A stretch of 64,000 nucleotides of DNA from an uncultured bacterium (GTDB lineage: Bacteria > Omnitrophota > Gorgyraeia > Kaelpiales > Kaelpiaceae): the NCBI GenBank assembly GCA_965541635.1, contig CBEUCN010000001.1, forward strand, positions 13,526 to 77,525. Reading direction: 5' to 3'. The notes beneath the pieces were generated by a model, which was not told where the DNA came from, ran no database searches, and saw only the letters and a list, made by a program, of their open reading frames with translations. The translations under genes and the position numbers were made by a program. Shown here piece after piece: positions 1 through 11,934 of this stretch; position 1 is the stretch's first letter, and the number at the start of each line of letters is the position of its first letter.

Positions 1-417
1 TAAAATATTAATTTTATTTTTAAAACCTAAAAAATGCAAGTCTTTTTCTTCTATACTGGTAAGAATTGTAACTGCAAGCATTAACGGACGTCTGTCTTTG
101 GAGTATTTGTCTAAAACTTTTCTGACTTCAGAAAGCATTCTTTTGCCTCCCAGAGCATGAACTGTAAACATTTTGATCCCAAACTTACATATCTTTTTTA
201 CAGTTTCTGCTACCTGTGTAGGAATATCATGGAGTTTCAAATCTAAAAAGACTTCACCCCCGTTTCTGTTGACCAGTTCTATAATCTGGAGACCATAAGG
301 AACAAATAGCCGAGGCCCTATTTTGAATATCTTCACAACCGAAGAAAGCCGTTTTATATACTTTTCTGCCTTATTAATACTATCCACATCAAGGGCGACA
401 ATAATCCTATCAGTCAT
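1..417 (-). CDS. pyrF: orotidine 5'-phosphate decarboxylase (3' part runs out of the window)
   Basis: Manual translation of the minus strand from the ATG at 417-415 gives MTDRIIVALDVDS...FLDLKLHDIPTQVA, the OMP decarboxylase signature. It lies 2 nt after the pyrD stop. Not in the ORF track because it is truncated. Confidence 0.8.
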   Translation of the reverse strand, partial: MTDRIIVALDVDSINKAEKYIKRLSSVVKIFKIGPRLFVPYGLQIIELVNRNGGEVFLDLKLHDIPTQVAETVKKICKFGIKMFTVHALGGKRMLSEVRKVLDKYSKDRRPLMLAVTILTSIEEKDLHFLGFKNKINIL

Positions 418-1348
418 CAACTTTCAAACTCCCAATTAACTGGGCATAACTCAGGTGATGATGAACAAGATAACTTTTTATTCCCAAGACAATCTCTAAA
501 GGTGCCCGAGGATTTATGAAATTAACTGTCCCTAGAGCAACAAATGTGGCACCACAGATTATATATTCCAAAGCATCCTCATAATCCATAATTCCACCAC
601 TGGCAATTATTGGTACTGTTTTCACGCTATTATAGACATCCCATAGTTTCTTCAAAGTCAACGGCTTAATAGCAGGGCCACTGAGTCCTCCCACAATATT
701 TGCTAGTTTAGGCCGGCGAGTCTCAATATCCACAGCCATTGCTGGATAGGTATTGGCAACCGTAATGCCATCAGCACCAGCATCCACAACCGCCTGGGCA
801 ACTGCGGTTATATCAGTAACATCAGGAGAAAGTTTAACTATAATTGGCTTAGTGGTGGATTCCCGCACTGCCTTCACCACCCCATAACTCATATAGGCAT
901 CTTGGGCAAATAAAAGATTTTCTTCCTTACTTCTCTCTAAGTTAGGACAGGAAATATTTATCTCAATAGCCGCAACATTTTCTTCTCTATCTAAATGAGA
1001 AGCAATGCCAGCATATTCTTCAATACTAAAGCCTGCGATACTAGTAATTATCGGAATCTGAAGTTCACTACTCAACTTAGGTAAAATCTTCTTTACATAG
1101 TAATAAATTCCTTCATTCTGCAATCCAATAGAATTAAGCATTCCACAATCAACCTCTGTAGTCCGAGGCATAGGATTACCTTCTCTCTTATCTAAGGTGA
1201 TTGTTTTAGTAACCACAGCACCACAGTGCTTAAATGGAAACACATCTGATATCACTTCATCATATTCCCAACATCCAGAAGCAATGATCACAGGATTCTG
1301 AAACTTTATACCCCAGCATTCCACAGTTAAATCTAAATTCTCTCCCAT
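410..1348 (-). CDS. pyrD: dihydroorotate dehydrogenase catalytic subunit (class 1B)
   Basis: The 312-aa ORF has a TIM-barrel DHOD signature (IIASGCWEY...NISCPN...IIASGGI) and follows pyrK. Confidence 0.9.
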   Translation of the reverse strand: MGENLDLTVECWGIKFQNPVIIASGCWEYDEVISDVFPFKHCGAVVTKTITLDKREGNPMPRTTEVDCGMLNSIGLQNEGIYYYVKKILPKLSSELQIPIITSIAGFSIEEYAGIASHLDREENVAAIEINISCPNLERSKEENLLFAQDAYMSYGVVKAVRESTTKPIIVKLSPDVTDITAVAQAVVDAGADGITVANTYPAMAVDIETRRPKLANIVGGLSGPAIKPLTLKKLWDVYNSVKTVPIIASGGIMDYEDALEYIICGATFVALGTVNFINPRAPLEIVLGIKSYLVHHHLSYAQLIGSLKVDD

Positions 1349-2166
1349 AGCACAATCTCCGGAGAAAATACCGGACCTTCTTTACATATTCTCAAAAGTC
1401 CTTTCTGAGTAGGCAAAACACATCCCCAGCAAAATCCCACCCCACAGGCAAAATGAGATTCAAATGAGAAGTAAGCAGAATTTTTAGATTTAATCTTTTC
1501 ATATATTGCCCTGAGCATCTCAATAGGGCCTGCAGAATAAATACAACCATTTATCTCCGATATAAACTCTGTAACTATCCCTTTCTTCCCTACACTACCA
1601 TCCTCAGTTATTAGTTCCACTTCTGTATTATCAGGTAAAAATTCACTAAATGCTTTAACTTCTTTACTCTTACTTCCAATGAAGAATTTTAAAGTTAGCA
1701 TGGTTTTCTCTTTAATAAGTTCTTTGGCTAGAAAATGTAATGGAGCAAATCCTGTTCCTCCAGAAATAAATATCACATTTTTTTTATCGGGTTGGGGGAA
1801 ATAATTACCCAAAGGGAATATCACATCCACAACATTTGATTTTTTAAGTGTAGTCATCTTATGAGTAACTTTACCCCGCAATTTATACAAAATTTTTATG
1901 TTTCCATCCTGATAATCAAATATACTGAATGGTCTTCTCAAAAACTGAACATCTTCATTTAAACTCAACTGCAAAAATTGCCCAGGCCTGACTTCGACAT
2001 TTTCGTTTGTTTCTAAAATCAAAAGAAAATGTTTTGGGGCTATTTCTTTATTGCAAATGACTTTTAATTTTTTACGAATGGCTTTCACCGCTGACACCCT
2101 GGACAATAGTATACAGACCTCCCCCCCACCTTCACCCGGTGAATCCTGTTGGGACAGAAAGAACAA
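1333..2166 (-). CDS. pyrK: dihydroorotate dehydrogenase electron-transfer subunit (FAD/NAD-binding, 2Fe-2S)
   Basis: PyrK-like ferredoxin-reductase fold with a C-terminal cysteine cluster (CGVGFCWGC). The true start is probably downstream of 2166, because the reported N-terminus overlaps the mutM 3' end by about 80 nt. Confidence 0.8.
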   Translation of the reverse strand: MFFLSQQDSPGEGGGEVCILLSRVSAVKAIRKKLKVICNKEIAPKHFLLILETNENVEVRPGQFLQLSLNEDVQFLRRPFSIFDYQDGNIKILYKLRGKVTHKMTTLKKSNVVDVIFPLGNYFPQPDKKNVIFISGGTGFAPLHFLAKELIKEKTMLTLKFFIGSKSKEVKAFSEFLPDNTEVELITEDGSVGKKGIVTEFISEINGCIYSAGPIEMLRAIYEKIKSKNSAYFSFESHFACGVGFCWGCVLPTQKGLLRICKEGPVFSPEIVLWERI

Positions 2167-2888
2167 AATTCTCCCTCTTTCCCATAAACCATATGTTCAT
2201 ACCTATATTTACCAGGATTTCCCCAGGCATCAAGATAAGTATCAATAGAAGAGCCTCCTGCTTTCAATGCTTTATTTAATATTTCCAGAATAGCATAATA
2301 AAGATTTTCTACTTCCTTATCTTTAAGTTCGGAACTTTTTCTAAAGGGACTTATCTTCGCTCTATACAGGATCTCATTGGCATATATATTACCGATACCA
2401 GCAATTATTCTCTGATCCATAAGAAAGTTATACATTTGCTTATTTCTTTTTTTCAAAAGAGATTTTAAAAGATAGGAATTGAATTTGGGAGATAGAGGGT
2501 CTACTCCCATTTCTTTTATTAATGGAACCTGTTCCGATTTTTTAACCAGATACCACTCACCCAGTTTCCTTTTATCCCGATAACATAAAAAACTATTATC
2601 AGCAAATATCAATTTAATACAAAAATTATCATTACTACCATAAACAATCTGTCCAGTCATCCTAAGATGTATCACAATCTTAAATCCGTTTGTTAATTCC
2701 AGTATTAAAAACTTACCTTTGCGGTGTATGTTTTTGATCCTGGACCTGATATTTTTCTTCCAGACTGGAATTGTCCGAGGTTTTTTTAAAATCTTTTTCT
2801 CTCTCACCTCGATATCCCTAATCCTTTTACCTACAATTAAACTCTGAAGATCATGTCTGATTGTTTCTACCTCTGGTAACTCTGGCAT
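2085..2888 (-). CDS. mutM: formamidopyrimidine-DNA glycosylase (Fpg/MutM)
   Basis: N-terminal MPELPEVE catalytic motif and a C-terminal zinc finger ([22 protein letters not shown]). It sits between carB and pyrK. Confidence 0.9.
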   Translation of the reverse strand: MPELPEVETIRHDLQSLIVGKRIRDIEVREKKILKKPRTIPVWKKNIRSRIKNIHRKGKFLILELTNGFKIVIHLRMTGQIVYGSNDNFCIKLIFADNSFLCYRDKRKLGEWYLVKKSEQVPLIKEMGVDPLSPKFNSYLLKSLLKKRNKQMYNFLMDQRIIAGIGNIYANEILYRAKISPFRKSSELKDKEVENLYYAILEILNKALKAGGSSIDTYLDAWGNPGKYRYEHMVYGKEGEFCSFCPNRIHRVKVGGRSVYYCPGCQR

Positions 2889-5800
2889 AACTTACTCCTT
2901 TGATTATGATATTCCTGTAATGACTTTACACTCAATTTACTGGTTAGTAAAGATTCTAAAGCATTTACTGTCGCCTGAGCACCAGGGATAGTGGTTACGA
3001 TAGGTATTCCATATTGAATGGCATGACTGCGAATCTTTACCTCATGCTCTCTGGGGACTTTACCGGAAGGAGTATTTATTATCAACTGAATCTCGCGATT
3101 TTTTATCAAATCCAAAACATTGGGCCTTCCTTCTTGAATTTTATAAACAGTCTTTACATCTACCCCATGAGTATGTAAAACCTTGGCTGTTCCGGAAGTA
3201 GCAATTAAAGAAAATCCCAAATCTTTAAGTCTTTTGGCTATAAATACAATCTTTCTTTTATCTTTATTCTTTACACTTACGAAAATCTGACCTCTTTTAG
3301 GTAAATTCTGACCCGCCCCTATTTGAGATTTAAGGTAGGCTTTCCCGAATTCAGTATCAATACCCATAACCTCCCCTGTAGATTTCATCTCGGGGCCCAA
3401 AATTATATCCACTCCCGGGAATCTATTAAATGGAAATACCGATTCCTTAACTGCAACGTAATCTATATTAACCTCTGTTGTAAATCCCAATTCTTTAAGA
3501 CTCTTTCCAGTCATAACCTTGGCTGCTAATTTTGCTAAAGGAACACCTATGGCTTTACTCACAAATGGAATTGTCCTGGAAGCGCGGGGATTTACTTCCA
3601 GAACATATATATCATCCTCCTTCACTGCATACTGGACATTCATCAACCCCACGATGTTTAACTCCCTGGCCATGGCAATTGTATACTGTTTTATTTTACG
3701 AACAATCTCATCGGGAAGACTATATGGTGGTAGGACCATCGCTGAATCTCCAGAATGAACTCCAGCCTCTTCAATATGTTCCATAACTCCACCGATTACC
3801 TGATGCTTACCATCAGCTATCATATCAACATCAACCTCGATAGAATCCTCAAGATATTTATCTATAAGAACTGGATGCTCCTCAGATGCCTGAACAGCAA
3901 ATTTCATAAACCTTTCCAGATCACCATCATCGTAAACAATTTCCATTGCTCTTCCACCCAGAACATAAGAAGGACGTAAAAGCACAGGATATCCTATTTC
4001 ATGAGCAATTCTCTTCGCCTCCTCCAAATTAGTAGCGGTACCATTGGGAGGCTGTTTGATGCTTAATTTCTCCAGAAGTTGTTTGAATCTTTTACGATCC
4101 TCTGCCCTATCTATACTATCAGCAGAAGTGCCCAGAATATTTACTCCTGCCTCCCGAAGTGGTACTGAAAGGTTTAAAGGAGTTTGACCACCAAACTGAA
4201 CAATTATCCCTTCCGGTTTTTCTTGATAAATTATGTTAAGGACATCTTCTTTGGTCAGAGGCTCAAAATACAACTTATCAGCAGTATCATAATCAGTAGA
4301 GACTGTTTCCGGATTGGAATTTATCATTATGGTTTCATATCCCAGTTCTCGAAGAGCAAATACTGCATGCACGCAACAGTAATCAAATTCAATTCCCTGT
4401 CCAATTCTATTAGGTCCTCCTCCCAGAATAGCAATCTTTTTCCTTTTAGTTATTCTGGCTTCATTTTCCCGTTCATAGGTAGAATAATAATAAGGAGTAT
4501 AAGCCTCGAATTCTGCTGAACAGGTATCGACCAGTTTATATACACATTTTATATTATGACTCTCACGCAAAGTTCTTATTTCATCTTCACTTCTCCCCAG
4601 AATCCAGGCTAATTGACGGTCAGAAAATCCATATTGCTTTGCCTTATACATAACTTCTGAAGGCAATCCCTGATCGGAGAATAAATTGCGGGAATACCTC
4701 TCTTTAAGATACTCTCCAAAATCTACAATTTCTTTTATCTGAGCCAAAAACCATCTATCTATCTTTGTGAATTCATAAATCTCATCTATACTAATTCCTC
4801 TTTTTAATGCCTCTTTTATATAGAAGACTCTCTCGGCATTGGGAATGATAAGTTTTTTTCTTAACTCCTCATCATTAATTGTACTTTCTGCCTCTCTGCC
4901 ATCGTAACCTAAACCAAATCTCCCAATTTCCAGTGACCGCAAACCTTTCTGAAGTGCTTCCTTAAATGTTCTACCAATTGCCATCACCTCTCCTACTGAT
5001 TTCATTTGAGTAGTCAATGTGGAATCAGCCGAAGGGAATTTTTCAAATGCCCACCGTGGAATTTTTACAACGCAATAGTCTATTACCGGCTCGAATGATG
5101 CTGGAGTTTTTTTAGTAATATCATTAGGAATTTCATCCAGAGTATAACCAACAGCCAATTTAGCAGCAATCTTAGCAATGGGAAAACCTGTAGCCTTGGA
5201 AGCAAGTGCTGATGACCGCGAAACCCGGGGATTCATCTCTATTATAACCATACGACCATTGTCAGGGTGAATAGCAAACTGAATGTTGGAGCCACCGGTT
5301 TCAACACCAATTTCCCGAATACAGGCAATTGCTGCATCCCGCATTCTCTGATATTCCTTATCAGTTAATGTCTGAGCAGGAGCAACCGTTATGGAATCCC
5401 CGGTATGAATTCCCATGGGGTCAAAGTTCTCTATGGAACATATAATAACCACATTATCTTTGAGGTCACGCATTACCTCAAGTTCAAATTCCTTCCAGCC
5501 AATAACTGATTCTTCAATTAAAATTTCATTAATCATAGAAAGAGAAAGTCCTCTTTGGGCTATCTCCTCAAATTCCTCCCAGTTATAAGCCACTCCACCT
5601 CCAGTACCACCAAGGGTAAAACTGGGACGAATAATTACAGGAAATCCCAATTTTTCCGCTATTTCTTTTGCCTCATCCAAATTATAAGCCTTGCCACTTC
5701 GGGGAACTTCCAGACCTATCTTTTCCATTGCCTCCTTAAATAACTGGCGATCCTCAGCCTTACGTATTGCCTGTTCATTGGCTCCAATTAGTTTAACCTT

Positions 5801-6133
5801 ATGCTTCCTTAAAATACCTTCTTCTGCTGCCTTCACTGCTACATTTAAGGCTGTCTGCCCTCCCAGTGTAGGAAGCAGAGCATCAACTTTTTCTCTTTCC
5901 AGTATCTTATCCAATACCTCAACTGTGATGGGTTCAATATAAGTACGGTCAGCAAATTCCGGATCAGTCATAATGGTAGCAGGATTGGAGTTTAAAAGCA
6001 CAACCTCAAATCCTTCCTGTTTCAACGCCTTACAGGCCTGAGTCCCGGAGTAATCAAATTCACAGGCCTGTCCGATTACAATTGGACCAGAACCAATTAT
6101 CAAAATTTTTCTTATATCAGTCCTCTTAGGCAT
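2867..6133 (-). CDS. carB: carbamoyl-phosphate synthase large subunit
   Basis: The 1088-aa ORF has two ATP-grasp halves; the N-terminus is [33 protein letters not shown]. Confidence 0.95.
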   Translation of the reverse strand: MPKRTDIRKILIIGSGPIVIGQACEFDYSGTQACKALKQEGFEVVLLNSNPATIMTDPEFADRTYIEPITVEVLDKILEREKVDALLPTLGGQTALNVAVKAAEEGILRKHKVKLIGANEQAIRKAEDRQLFKEAMEKIGLEVPRSGKAYNLDEAKEIAEKLGFPVIIRPSFTLGGTGGGVAYNWEEFEEIAQRGLSLSMINEILIEESVIGWKEFELEVMRDLKDNVVIICSIENFDPMGIHTGDSITVAPAQTLTDKEYQRMRDAAIACIREIGVETGGSNIQFAIHPDNGRMVIIEMNPRVSRSSALASKATGFPIAKIAAKLAVGYTLDEIPNDITKKTPASFEPVIDYCVVKIPRWAFEKFPSADSTLTTQMKSVGEVMAIGRTFKEALQKGLRSLEIGRFGLGYDGREAESTINDEELRKKLIIPNAERVFYIKEALKRGISIDEIYEFTKIDRWFLAQIKEIVDFGEYLKERYSRNLFSDQGLPSEVMYKAKQYGFSDRQLAWILGRSEDEIRTLRESHNIKCVYKLVDTCSAEFEAYTPYYYSTYERENEARITKRKKIAILGGGPNRIGQGIEFDYCCVHAVFALRELGYETIMINSNPETVSTDYDTADKLYFEPLTKEDVLNIIYQEKPEGIIVQFGGQTPLNLSVPLREAGVNILGTSADSIDRAEDRKRFKQLLEKLSIKQPPNGTATNLEEAKRIAHEIGYPVLLRPSYVLGGRAMEIVYDDGDLERFMKFAVQASEEHPVLIDKYLEDSIEVDVDMIADGKHQVIGGVMEHIEEAGVHSGDSAMVLPPYSLPDEIVRKIKQYTIAMARELNIVGLMNVQYAVKEDDIYVLEVNPRASRTIPFVSKAIGVPLAKLAAKVMTGKSLKELGFTTEVNIDYVAVKESVFPFNRFPGVDIILGPEMKSTGEVMGIDTEFGKAYLKSQIGAGQNLPKRGQIFVSVKNKDKRKIVFIAKRLKDLGFSLIATSGTAKVLHTHGVDVKTVYKIQEGRPNVLDLIKNREIQLIINTPSGKVPREHEVKIRSHAIQYGIPIVTTIPGAQATVNALESLLTSKLSVKSLQEYHNQRSKLCQSYQR

Positions 6134-7202
6134 TTTTTTTCACCAGATCTATAAACTCTTTAAATATATGCTTGGCATCATTAGGTCCTGGTCCTGCTTC
6201 TGGATGATACTGCACAGCCATTATTGGCATCTTTTTATGCCGGAAACCCTCCAGAGTTTTATCATAAAGATTTATATGAGTTATATGACAACAATCTGAA
6301 ATGGAATCAGGATCAACACAGAAACCATGATTCTGGGCAGTAATATCAATTTTACCCGTATTTAAATCCTTAACAGGATGATTGCCTCCGTGATGACCAA
6401 ATTTCAACTTATAAGTTTTTCCGCCAAGTGCAAGCCCCAGTATCTGATGACCAAGACATATCCCGAATATTGGTAACTTACCCAAAAGTTTTTTAAGTTC
6501 AGTTATAACATGAATAACTGCTGCTGGATCGCCCGGCCCATTGGAAACCAAAAGTCCCTGAGGTTTATCTTTAAGAATATCCTCACCACTGGAATGGACA
6601 GGATAAACTTTAACCCGGCAGTTATTTTTTGCCAGCATCTGGAGAATACTTCTCTTAACTCCACAATCCCAGACAGCAATCTCCACTTCTCCTTCTTCTT
6701 GAAAATAATAAGGCTGGGTACAACTTACCTCACAGGCTAAGTTTCTTCCCACCATCTGGGGGGACTGTAGAACACGCTCTAATAGTGATTGGGGATTTAA
6801 ATCCACACTGGAAATACCACCCCGCATTGCTCCCTTAATTCTTATTTTCCTGGTCAACTCTCTGGTATCAATTCCTTCAATTCCTGTAATTTTATATTTT
6901 TCCAGATAAGAGTGTAAATCCTCTTCTGCTCTCCAGTTGGAAACCAGTGGTGAAAGTTCCCGGACCACAAATCCCTCCACTTGAGGACGGACAGATTCTA
7001 TATCTTCAGAGTTAACACCATAATTTCCAATATGGGGATAAGTCATACATACAATCTGTCCTTTATAGGAAGGGTCGGTCAAAATCTCCTGATAACCGGT
7101 TATACTGGTATTGAAAACTACTTCTCCCAATTTTTCACCCGGATACCCAAACGCCCGTCCTTCAAAATAACTTCCATCCTCAAGAACAAGTATCGCCTTC
7201 AT
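6126..7202 (-). CDS. carA: carbamoyl-phosphate synthase small (glutaminase) subunit
   Basis: CPSase small-subunit N-domain plus a class-I glutamine amidotransferase domain (GICLGHQ). It is directly upstream of carB and overlaps it. Confidence 0.95.
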   Translation of the reverse strand: MKAILVLEDGSYFEGRAFGYPGEKLGEVVFNTSITGYQEILTDPSYKGQIVCMTYPHIGNYGVNSEDIESVRPQVEGFVVRELSPLVSNWRAEEDLHSYLEKYKITGIEGIDTRELTRKIRIKGAMRGGISSVDLNPQSLLERVLQSPQMVGRNLACEVSCTQPYYFQEEGEVEIAVWDCGVKRSILQMLAKNNCRVKVYPVHSSGEDILKDKPQGLLVSNGPGDPAAVIHVITELKKLLGKLPIFGICLGHQILGLALGGKTYKLKFGHHGGNHPVKDLNTGKIDITAQNHGFCVDPDSISDCCHITHINLYDKTLEGFRHKKMPIMAVQYHPEAGPGPNDAKHIFKEFIDLVKKNA

Positions 7203-7203
7203 A

Positions 7204-8439
7204 TCAGAAAAGGCTCAATTGTTTCTCCCCACCCTTTTCCTGTTCTTGGTCGTCAAATACTTTTATCTTTCCATAAACCCCATCATATCCGGGCTCAATT
7301 TTCACATTACCATTCCTCACTCTGATTATCCCCTCCGCCAATTTAGAAGGCAAATTCTCTCTCAAAAAATCCTCCTCTATATGAAGTAGAATTTCCAGTT
7401 CTGACCCAAATCTCTGAATTAAACTTTTATATTCAGTTATCACTGACTGAGCATTTTTCTGAACACCTTTAGTCTCAGCAATTATTTCATCCAGAGGTAT
7501 TAAATTTTTAAAAGGGATTGCAGACTCAGGGACAACTCCTTCTTCTCTATCAGCAAGTTGTTCCACACGATGCATAACTCCAATTGTTAATGGCCTTTTG
7601 CATACCGGACAGATATTATTAAGTTTCATACTCTCTCTGGGCGAAAGTCTTATTCCACAATTGCGATGACCATCATAATGATATTTCCCCTCCTGAGGAT
7701 AAAATTCTATGGTATATAAAAACTTGCTTTTATCTTTATTCCTCATGGCAGTAATTATTTCCATATAATCAATCTTCGTATCCAGAACATTTGCCTCCCT
7801 ACCAATTCTGGAAGGGGAATGACTATCGGAATTGGAAACCAAAATATAAGAATCAAGTTTAGAAAGACGCCAGTTCATCGCAGGATCACTGGAAAGACCT
7901 GTTTCCAGAGCATATATATATTTGGTATAAGGACCAAAACATTCTTCAATATCATCAAATCCAGAGTTGGAGCCAAACAGACTGAACCAAGGAGTCCAAA
8001 TATGGCAGGGAATAATCATACAATCAGTGCTTATCCCCAGAATAATCTCCACCAAATCCTTTGCTGACAGTCCCAAAACCGGCCTACCATCAGCACTAAG
8101 ATTTCCAAATTTAGCCAGTTGGCTATTAATCTTTTCCACTATTTCAAATGATGGCGCCATTATCAAGTTGTGAATCTTGCGCAGTTTTCCTCCCTGAGAA
8201 TAAACATTGGAAACTTCAGCAGTGAGTATATAATGAATGCCCTTATATTCATAAATTCCATAACTTTTAGGTGTAAGTTTAGATTTTAACTCCTGAAGCC
8301 ACAAAAAATGAGTAAAATCTCCAGTGCCTAAAACATCTATCCCTTTAAGTTTAGCAAACTCACTGAGATGGTCCAAATCCATGTCCCTACTTGTAGCACG
8401 GCTGTATTTAGAATGAATGTGAAAATCAATTACTATCAT
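7204..8439 (-). CDS. PHP-domain nuclease, endonuclease Q-like (TIGR00375-type)
   Basis: N-terminal PHP metal site DFHIHSKYS...GTGDFTH, an internal CPVC zinc finger, and a C-terminal GYDGVYGKI motif resembling EndoQ. About 410 aa, similar in length to archaeal EndoQ. The call is from remembered motifs only. Confidence 0.55.
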   Translation of the reverse strand: MIVIDFHIHSKYSRATSRDMDLDHLSEFAKLKGIDVLGTGDFTHFLWLQELKSKLTPKSYGIYEYKGIHYILTAEVSNVYSQGGKLRKIHNLIMAPSFEIVEKINSQLAKFGNLSADGRPVLGLSAKDLVEIILGISTDCMIIPCHIWTPWFSLFGSNSGFDDIEECFGPYTKYIYALETGLSSDPAMNWRLSKLDSYILVSNSDSHSPSRIGREANVLDTKIDYMEIITAMRNKDKSKFLYTIEFYPQEGKYHYDGHRNCGIRLSPRESMKLNNICPVCKRPLTIGVMHRVEQLADREEGVVPESAIPFKNLIPLDEIIAETKGVQKNAQSVITEYKSLIQRFGSELEILLHIEEDFLRENLPSKLAEGIIRVRNGNVKIEPGYDGVYGKIKVFDDQEQEKGGEKQLSLF

Positions 8440-8884
8440 CTAAAATCTCCTGCAAATATTTATTAGCGAGGTCCCAGTGTGTTCCCTTCCAGAATATTTT
8501 TTTACATTTGGGACATTTATAAAACTCATTCTGAGTCTGGTAGACATATTGGGGAACTTTATCTTTAACCAGTTGCTTATCTACTTTTCTAATCTCAGCA
8601 TTGCAGTCGGTACATCTTGAAAACAGATTGTCAGGATTTATATCTAAACCAATTTTTTCTTTCAGTTCCCTTATCTGATCCTTAAGACAGTCGTAATGAA
8701 TAATAACTTTCTTCACTGCTGATTCCTGTGCGAGTTTTTTTCGCCGGGTGAGAATAATTCTATCTTCTTGGAGTGCTTTTACAATCAACGAACTGTCTCT
8801 TCCCCGAAAATAATAAGCATCATAACCCACTATTCTCAACCATCGACATAATCTGCCGAGTTCAGGAGTAAGGATAAATTTCAC
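8426..8884 (-). CDS. Mut7-C / DUF82 PIN-like RNase domain protein with a C-terminal zinc ribbon
   Basis: N-terminus MKFILTPELGRLCRWLRIVGYD is typical of PF01927. C-terminal CTDC...CPKC zinc ribbon. It overlaps the PHP gene start by 14 nt. Confidence 0.65.
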   Translation of the reverse strand: MKFILTPELGRLCRWLRIVGYDAYYFRGRDSSLIVKALQEDRIILTRRKKLAQESAVKKVIIHYDCLKDQIRELKEKIGLDINPDNLFSRCTDCNAEIRKVDKQLVKDKVPQYVYQTQNEFYKCPKCKKIFWKGTHWDLANKYLQEILDDSN

Positions 8885-9666
8885 TCTCCTGTATTTTGTT
8901 CTTTATTAGTTCTTACCTTCTGCTGTTTCTTCTCAAGAATCTGCCTTGCCTGATTTGTAGAATCAATTACATTTATCCCCTCTGGCTGCTTGAAAGTAAA
9001 CTCACTGGCAGGAATATCAATGTTTACCTTAACATCTTTGAGAACCTGATAAAACACTAAATTGCCATCGGAATCATAATATTCTGCTTTTCTCTGGAGA
9101 CCATCATTTATTCCTACCCAGATTTTTACTCGAGAAACATTCTGGGGTAAATCCATATTTTCTTTTCTGGCTTCACTCAACTGGCCTTCAAACACATATA
9201 CCTTTTCACCATCGAGGTTTTTTATTCCCAGATATTTTATATTTTCCTTTTGAACATCTGCCACAGGACTCTCTACCTTACTCTGTCCTTCCACCAAATC
9301 TTTAGCCTGAGGGAATTCTTTTTTCAGAGCTGCAAGGTCGACTTTAGATGCCAGTTTAAAAAACGGCATATACTGCCACATTGTTAAACCATCAGAATAC
9401 ATATACTGTTTGGTGCGGTCTTCTCCTTTCACTCCAATTTCCATCCGGAGTTTATCTGGCCTCACAAATTTTATCTCACCACTTAACTCCATTATCCCTC
9501 TTTCGGTTTGAAGAAATACCATCTCAATCTTTGCCTGATAGGATTTAAGATTCTTAATTTTGTTCTGAATGTCATTTAAAACCTTGGTAAGTTCATCTTC
9601 TTCTGCTTTACCCTGCAATCCCACCAGTAACAAACCTACGGCTAAAAGCGCTGCTAGTTTCTTCAT
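8881..9666 (-). CDS. exported LolA-like (outer-membrane lipoprotein carrier fold) protein
   Basis: Signal peptide MKKLAALLAVGLLLVGLQG followed by a beta-rich 240-aa domain resembling the LolA/DUF4292 family. It overlaps its neighbours by 4 nt on each side. Confidence 0.45.
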   Translation of the reverse strand: MKKLAALLAVGLLLVGLQGKAEEDELTKVLNDIQNKIKNLKSYQAKIEMVFLQTERGIMELSGEIKFVRPDKLRMEIGVKGEDRTKQYMYSDGLTMWQYMPFFKLASKVDLAALKKEFPQAKDLVEGQSKVESPVADVQKENIKYLGIKNLDGEKVYVFEGQLSEARKENMDLPQNVSRVKIWVGINDGLQRKAEYYDSDGNLVFYQVLKDVKVNIDIPASEFTFKQPEGINVIDSTNQARQILEKKQQKVRTNKEQNTGE

Positions 9667-10982
9667 GTCTCTTCCTCCTTGTGTTTAAAATTTTCCATAA
9701 CAAGTTTCCCCCCCGCAATTACATCTCTAATTCTGCCCTCAAACTGCCATCCTAAAAAAGGAGTATTTCTGCTACGGGAAATAATCTCACCTGAAGTATA
9801 TTCCCACTTGACCTTAGGATTAAAAATTACAACATCAGCCCTCATTCCTTCTTTAATCTCTCCACGATCATTTAATCCCAGAATTTTGGCAGGATTTAAA
9901 CTGAAACTGGCAATCAATCTTAAAGGATCAATTAACTCTTGCATTACCAGTTTCCAGCCAATAACAAACGCAGTCTCCAACCCAATTATTCCAAATTCTG
10001 CACTGGCAAACTCGCAATCCTTTTCTTCAGGAGAATGAGGAGCATGGTCAGTTGAGATGCAATCAATTATTCCTGAAGATAATCCAGAAATTAAAGCTTT
10101 CCTGTCATCTTCGGTGCGCAATGGGGGGTTCACCTTAGCATTTGTATTGTAACTGCCTATTGCCTGCTCATTCAAAATCAAATAATGGGGACAGGTATCC
10201 ACTGTAACTTTTAACCCTCTCTCCTTGGCTGTTTTTATTTCCTCCAGCCCTTTTTTGGTACTAAGATGGGTTATATGCAATCTGGCATTGCTCAACTCTG
10301 CCAGTTCTAAATCTCGTTTTATAGCCACAATCTCAGCAGTGGCTGGCATTCCTTTCAATCCCAACATGACTGAATAAGTCCCTTCATTCATCTCTCCATT
10401 CTTTGTCAATGATTTATCCTCACAGTGCTGAATTATAATAGTATCAAGCATCAAACTATATTCCAGAGCCCTACGCATCAACAAGGAATCCTCAACCCAG
10501 TTTCCATCATCAGAAAAACCTACACATCCTGCCTCCCTCATCCTTGCCATCTCAGTTAACTCCTTTCCCTGTCTTTCTTTAGTTATTGCTCCCACTGGCA
10601 AAATATCTATTAAATTCACCTCGTTACTTCTTTTACAAATATATCTTACCATACCAGGGTTATCGATTGCCGGTTGCGTATTGGGCATAACACATACAGT
10701 AGTAAAGCCTCCTTTTATGGCTGACAGGGAACCAGAATAAAAATCTTCCTCATCTTCTCTTCCCGGTTCCCGAAAATGAGCGTGCATATCTATAAATCCA
10801 GGTAGAACATAAAGGCCCTCAGCAGAGATTATTTTATCTGCTTTATCAGATATATTATCTGCAATTTTTGTAATTATACCGTCAGAAACAAGTATGTCCT
10901 TAGGCTTAAAATCCCAATTTTTAAAGTCAGCCACATTTCCGCCTTTAATTACTATCCTCAATCTTCCCTCCAGCGCCAGCAA
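9663..10982 (-). CDS. pyrC: dihydroorotase
   Basis: Amidohydrolase metal site FIDMHAHFREPG. Located between pyrB and carA in the pyr operon. The reported N-terminus overlaps the pyrB end by 38 nt, so the true start is probably later. Confidence 0.9.
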   Translation of the reverse strand: MLALEGRLRIVIKGGNVADFKNWDFKPKDILVSDGIITKIADNISDKADKIISAEGLYVLPGFIDMHAHFREPGREDEEDFYSGSLSAIKGGFTTVCVMPNTQPAIDNPGMVRYICKRSNEVNLIDILPVGAITKERQGKELTEMARMREAGCVGFSDDGNWVEDSLLMRRALEYSLMLDTIIIQHCEDKSLTKNGEMNEGTYSVMLGLKGMPATAEIVAIKRDLELAELSNARLHITHLSTKKGLEEIKTAKERGLKVTVDTCPHYLILNEQAIGSYNTNAKVNPPLRTEDDRKALISGLSSGIIDCISTDHAPHSPEEKDCEFASAEFGIIGLETAFVIGWKLVMQELIDPLRLIASFSLNPAKILGLNDRGEIKEGMRADVVIFNPKVKWEYTSGEIISRSRNTPFLGWQFEGRIRDVIAGGKLVMENFKHKEEET

Positions 10983-11934
10983 TTAAATACAAAACTGCCA
11001 TCCTTACTGCCAGGCCATTTGTAACCTGATTTAAAACCAAACTACATATACCTTTCTCCTCTAGCCCGGAATCTAAGATATCAGTGCTTAACTCTATCCC
11101 TCTATTCACCGGTCCAGGATGCAATATTAAAAGTCCTGGCCGGGCATATTTTAACAATTTTTTACGATCGATTCCAAAAAATTCTCTGTACTCTGCTATC
11201 GAAGGCAAAAGATTCTCATTTATCCTCTCTCTCTGAATACGGAGTACATTCAGGACATCAACCTCAGCCAGAACTTCTTTCAGGTCATAACATATTTTTA
11301 CTCCCAGATTCTGAAATTCCGACAATAGCATAGTAGAAGGTCCACACAGTATAACTTCTGCCCCCAGTTTTTTAAGCCCATATATATTTGACCTCGCTAC
11401 CCGAGAATGAACAATATCTCCCACAATTCCCACTTTAAGTCCTTCTATCCTACCCTTATTCTCCAGAATGGTAAACATATCCAGCAATGCCTGCGTGGGA
11501 TGCTCATGAATACCATCTCCTGCATTTATTACTCCTGCTGAGACACATCGGGAAAGATAATGAGGTGCTCCGGAAGCAGAATGTCTAATGACTATTATAT
11601 CCACACTCATGGCTTCGATATTTCTCGCAGTATCTTTAAGATTTTCACCTTTTTGCACACTGGATGTGGACACCGCAAAACTTACAGTATCAGCAGAAAG
11701 CCTTTTGGCTGCCAGTTCAAATGACATCTTCGTCCTGGTAGAAGGTTCAAAGAATAATAATACCACAGTCTTACCTCTCAAAGCCGGAACTTTCTTTATG
11801 GGACGGGTGGATATTTCTTTAAACGCCTGGGCAAGTTCCAAAATATATTCTATTTCCTCTTTCTCCAGTTCCTGAAGGCCCAAGAGATGTTTTCTACTCC
11901 ATTTTACCTGTTTATCCAGAAGACTTTCGGGCAT
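10945..11934 (-). CDS. pyrB: aspartate carbamoyltransferase catalytic subunit
   Basis: STRTKMSFE carbamoyl-phosphate-binding motif and HPTQALLD. Confidence 0.95.
   Translation of the reverse strand: MPESLLDKQVKWSRKHLLGLQELEKEEIEYILELAQAFKEISTRPIKKVPALRGKTVVLLFFEPSTRTKMSFELAAKRLSADTVSFAVSTSSVQKGENLKDTARNIEAMSVDIIVIRHSASGAPHYLSRCVSAGVINAGDGIHEHPTQALLDMFTILENKGRIEGLKVGIVGDIVHSRVARSNIYGLKKLGAEVILCGPSTMLLSEFQNLGVKICYDLKEVLAEVDVLNVLRIQRERINENLLPSIAEYREFFGIDRKKLLKYARPGLLILHPGPVNRGIELSTDILDSGLEEKGICSLVLNQVTNGLAVRMAVLYLIAGAGGKIEDSN

Noticed and set aside
2051-2248. Plus-strand ORFs from the track (e.g. 2051-2248, 3323-3979, 4184-4519, 5555-5942, 49371-49929, 58157-58570 and all other '+' entries)
   Set aside because: Every one lies antisense inside a minus-strand gene with strong family motifs. 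They are low-complexity or Cys/Phe/Leu-rich, have no recognisable motif and have no SD. I judged them spurious antisense frames.
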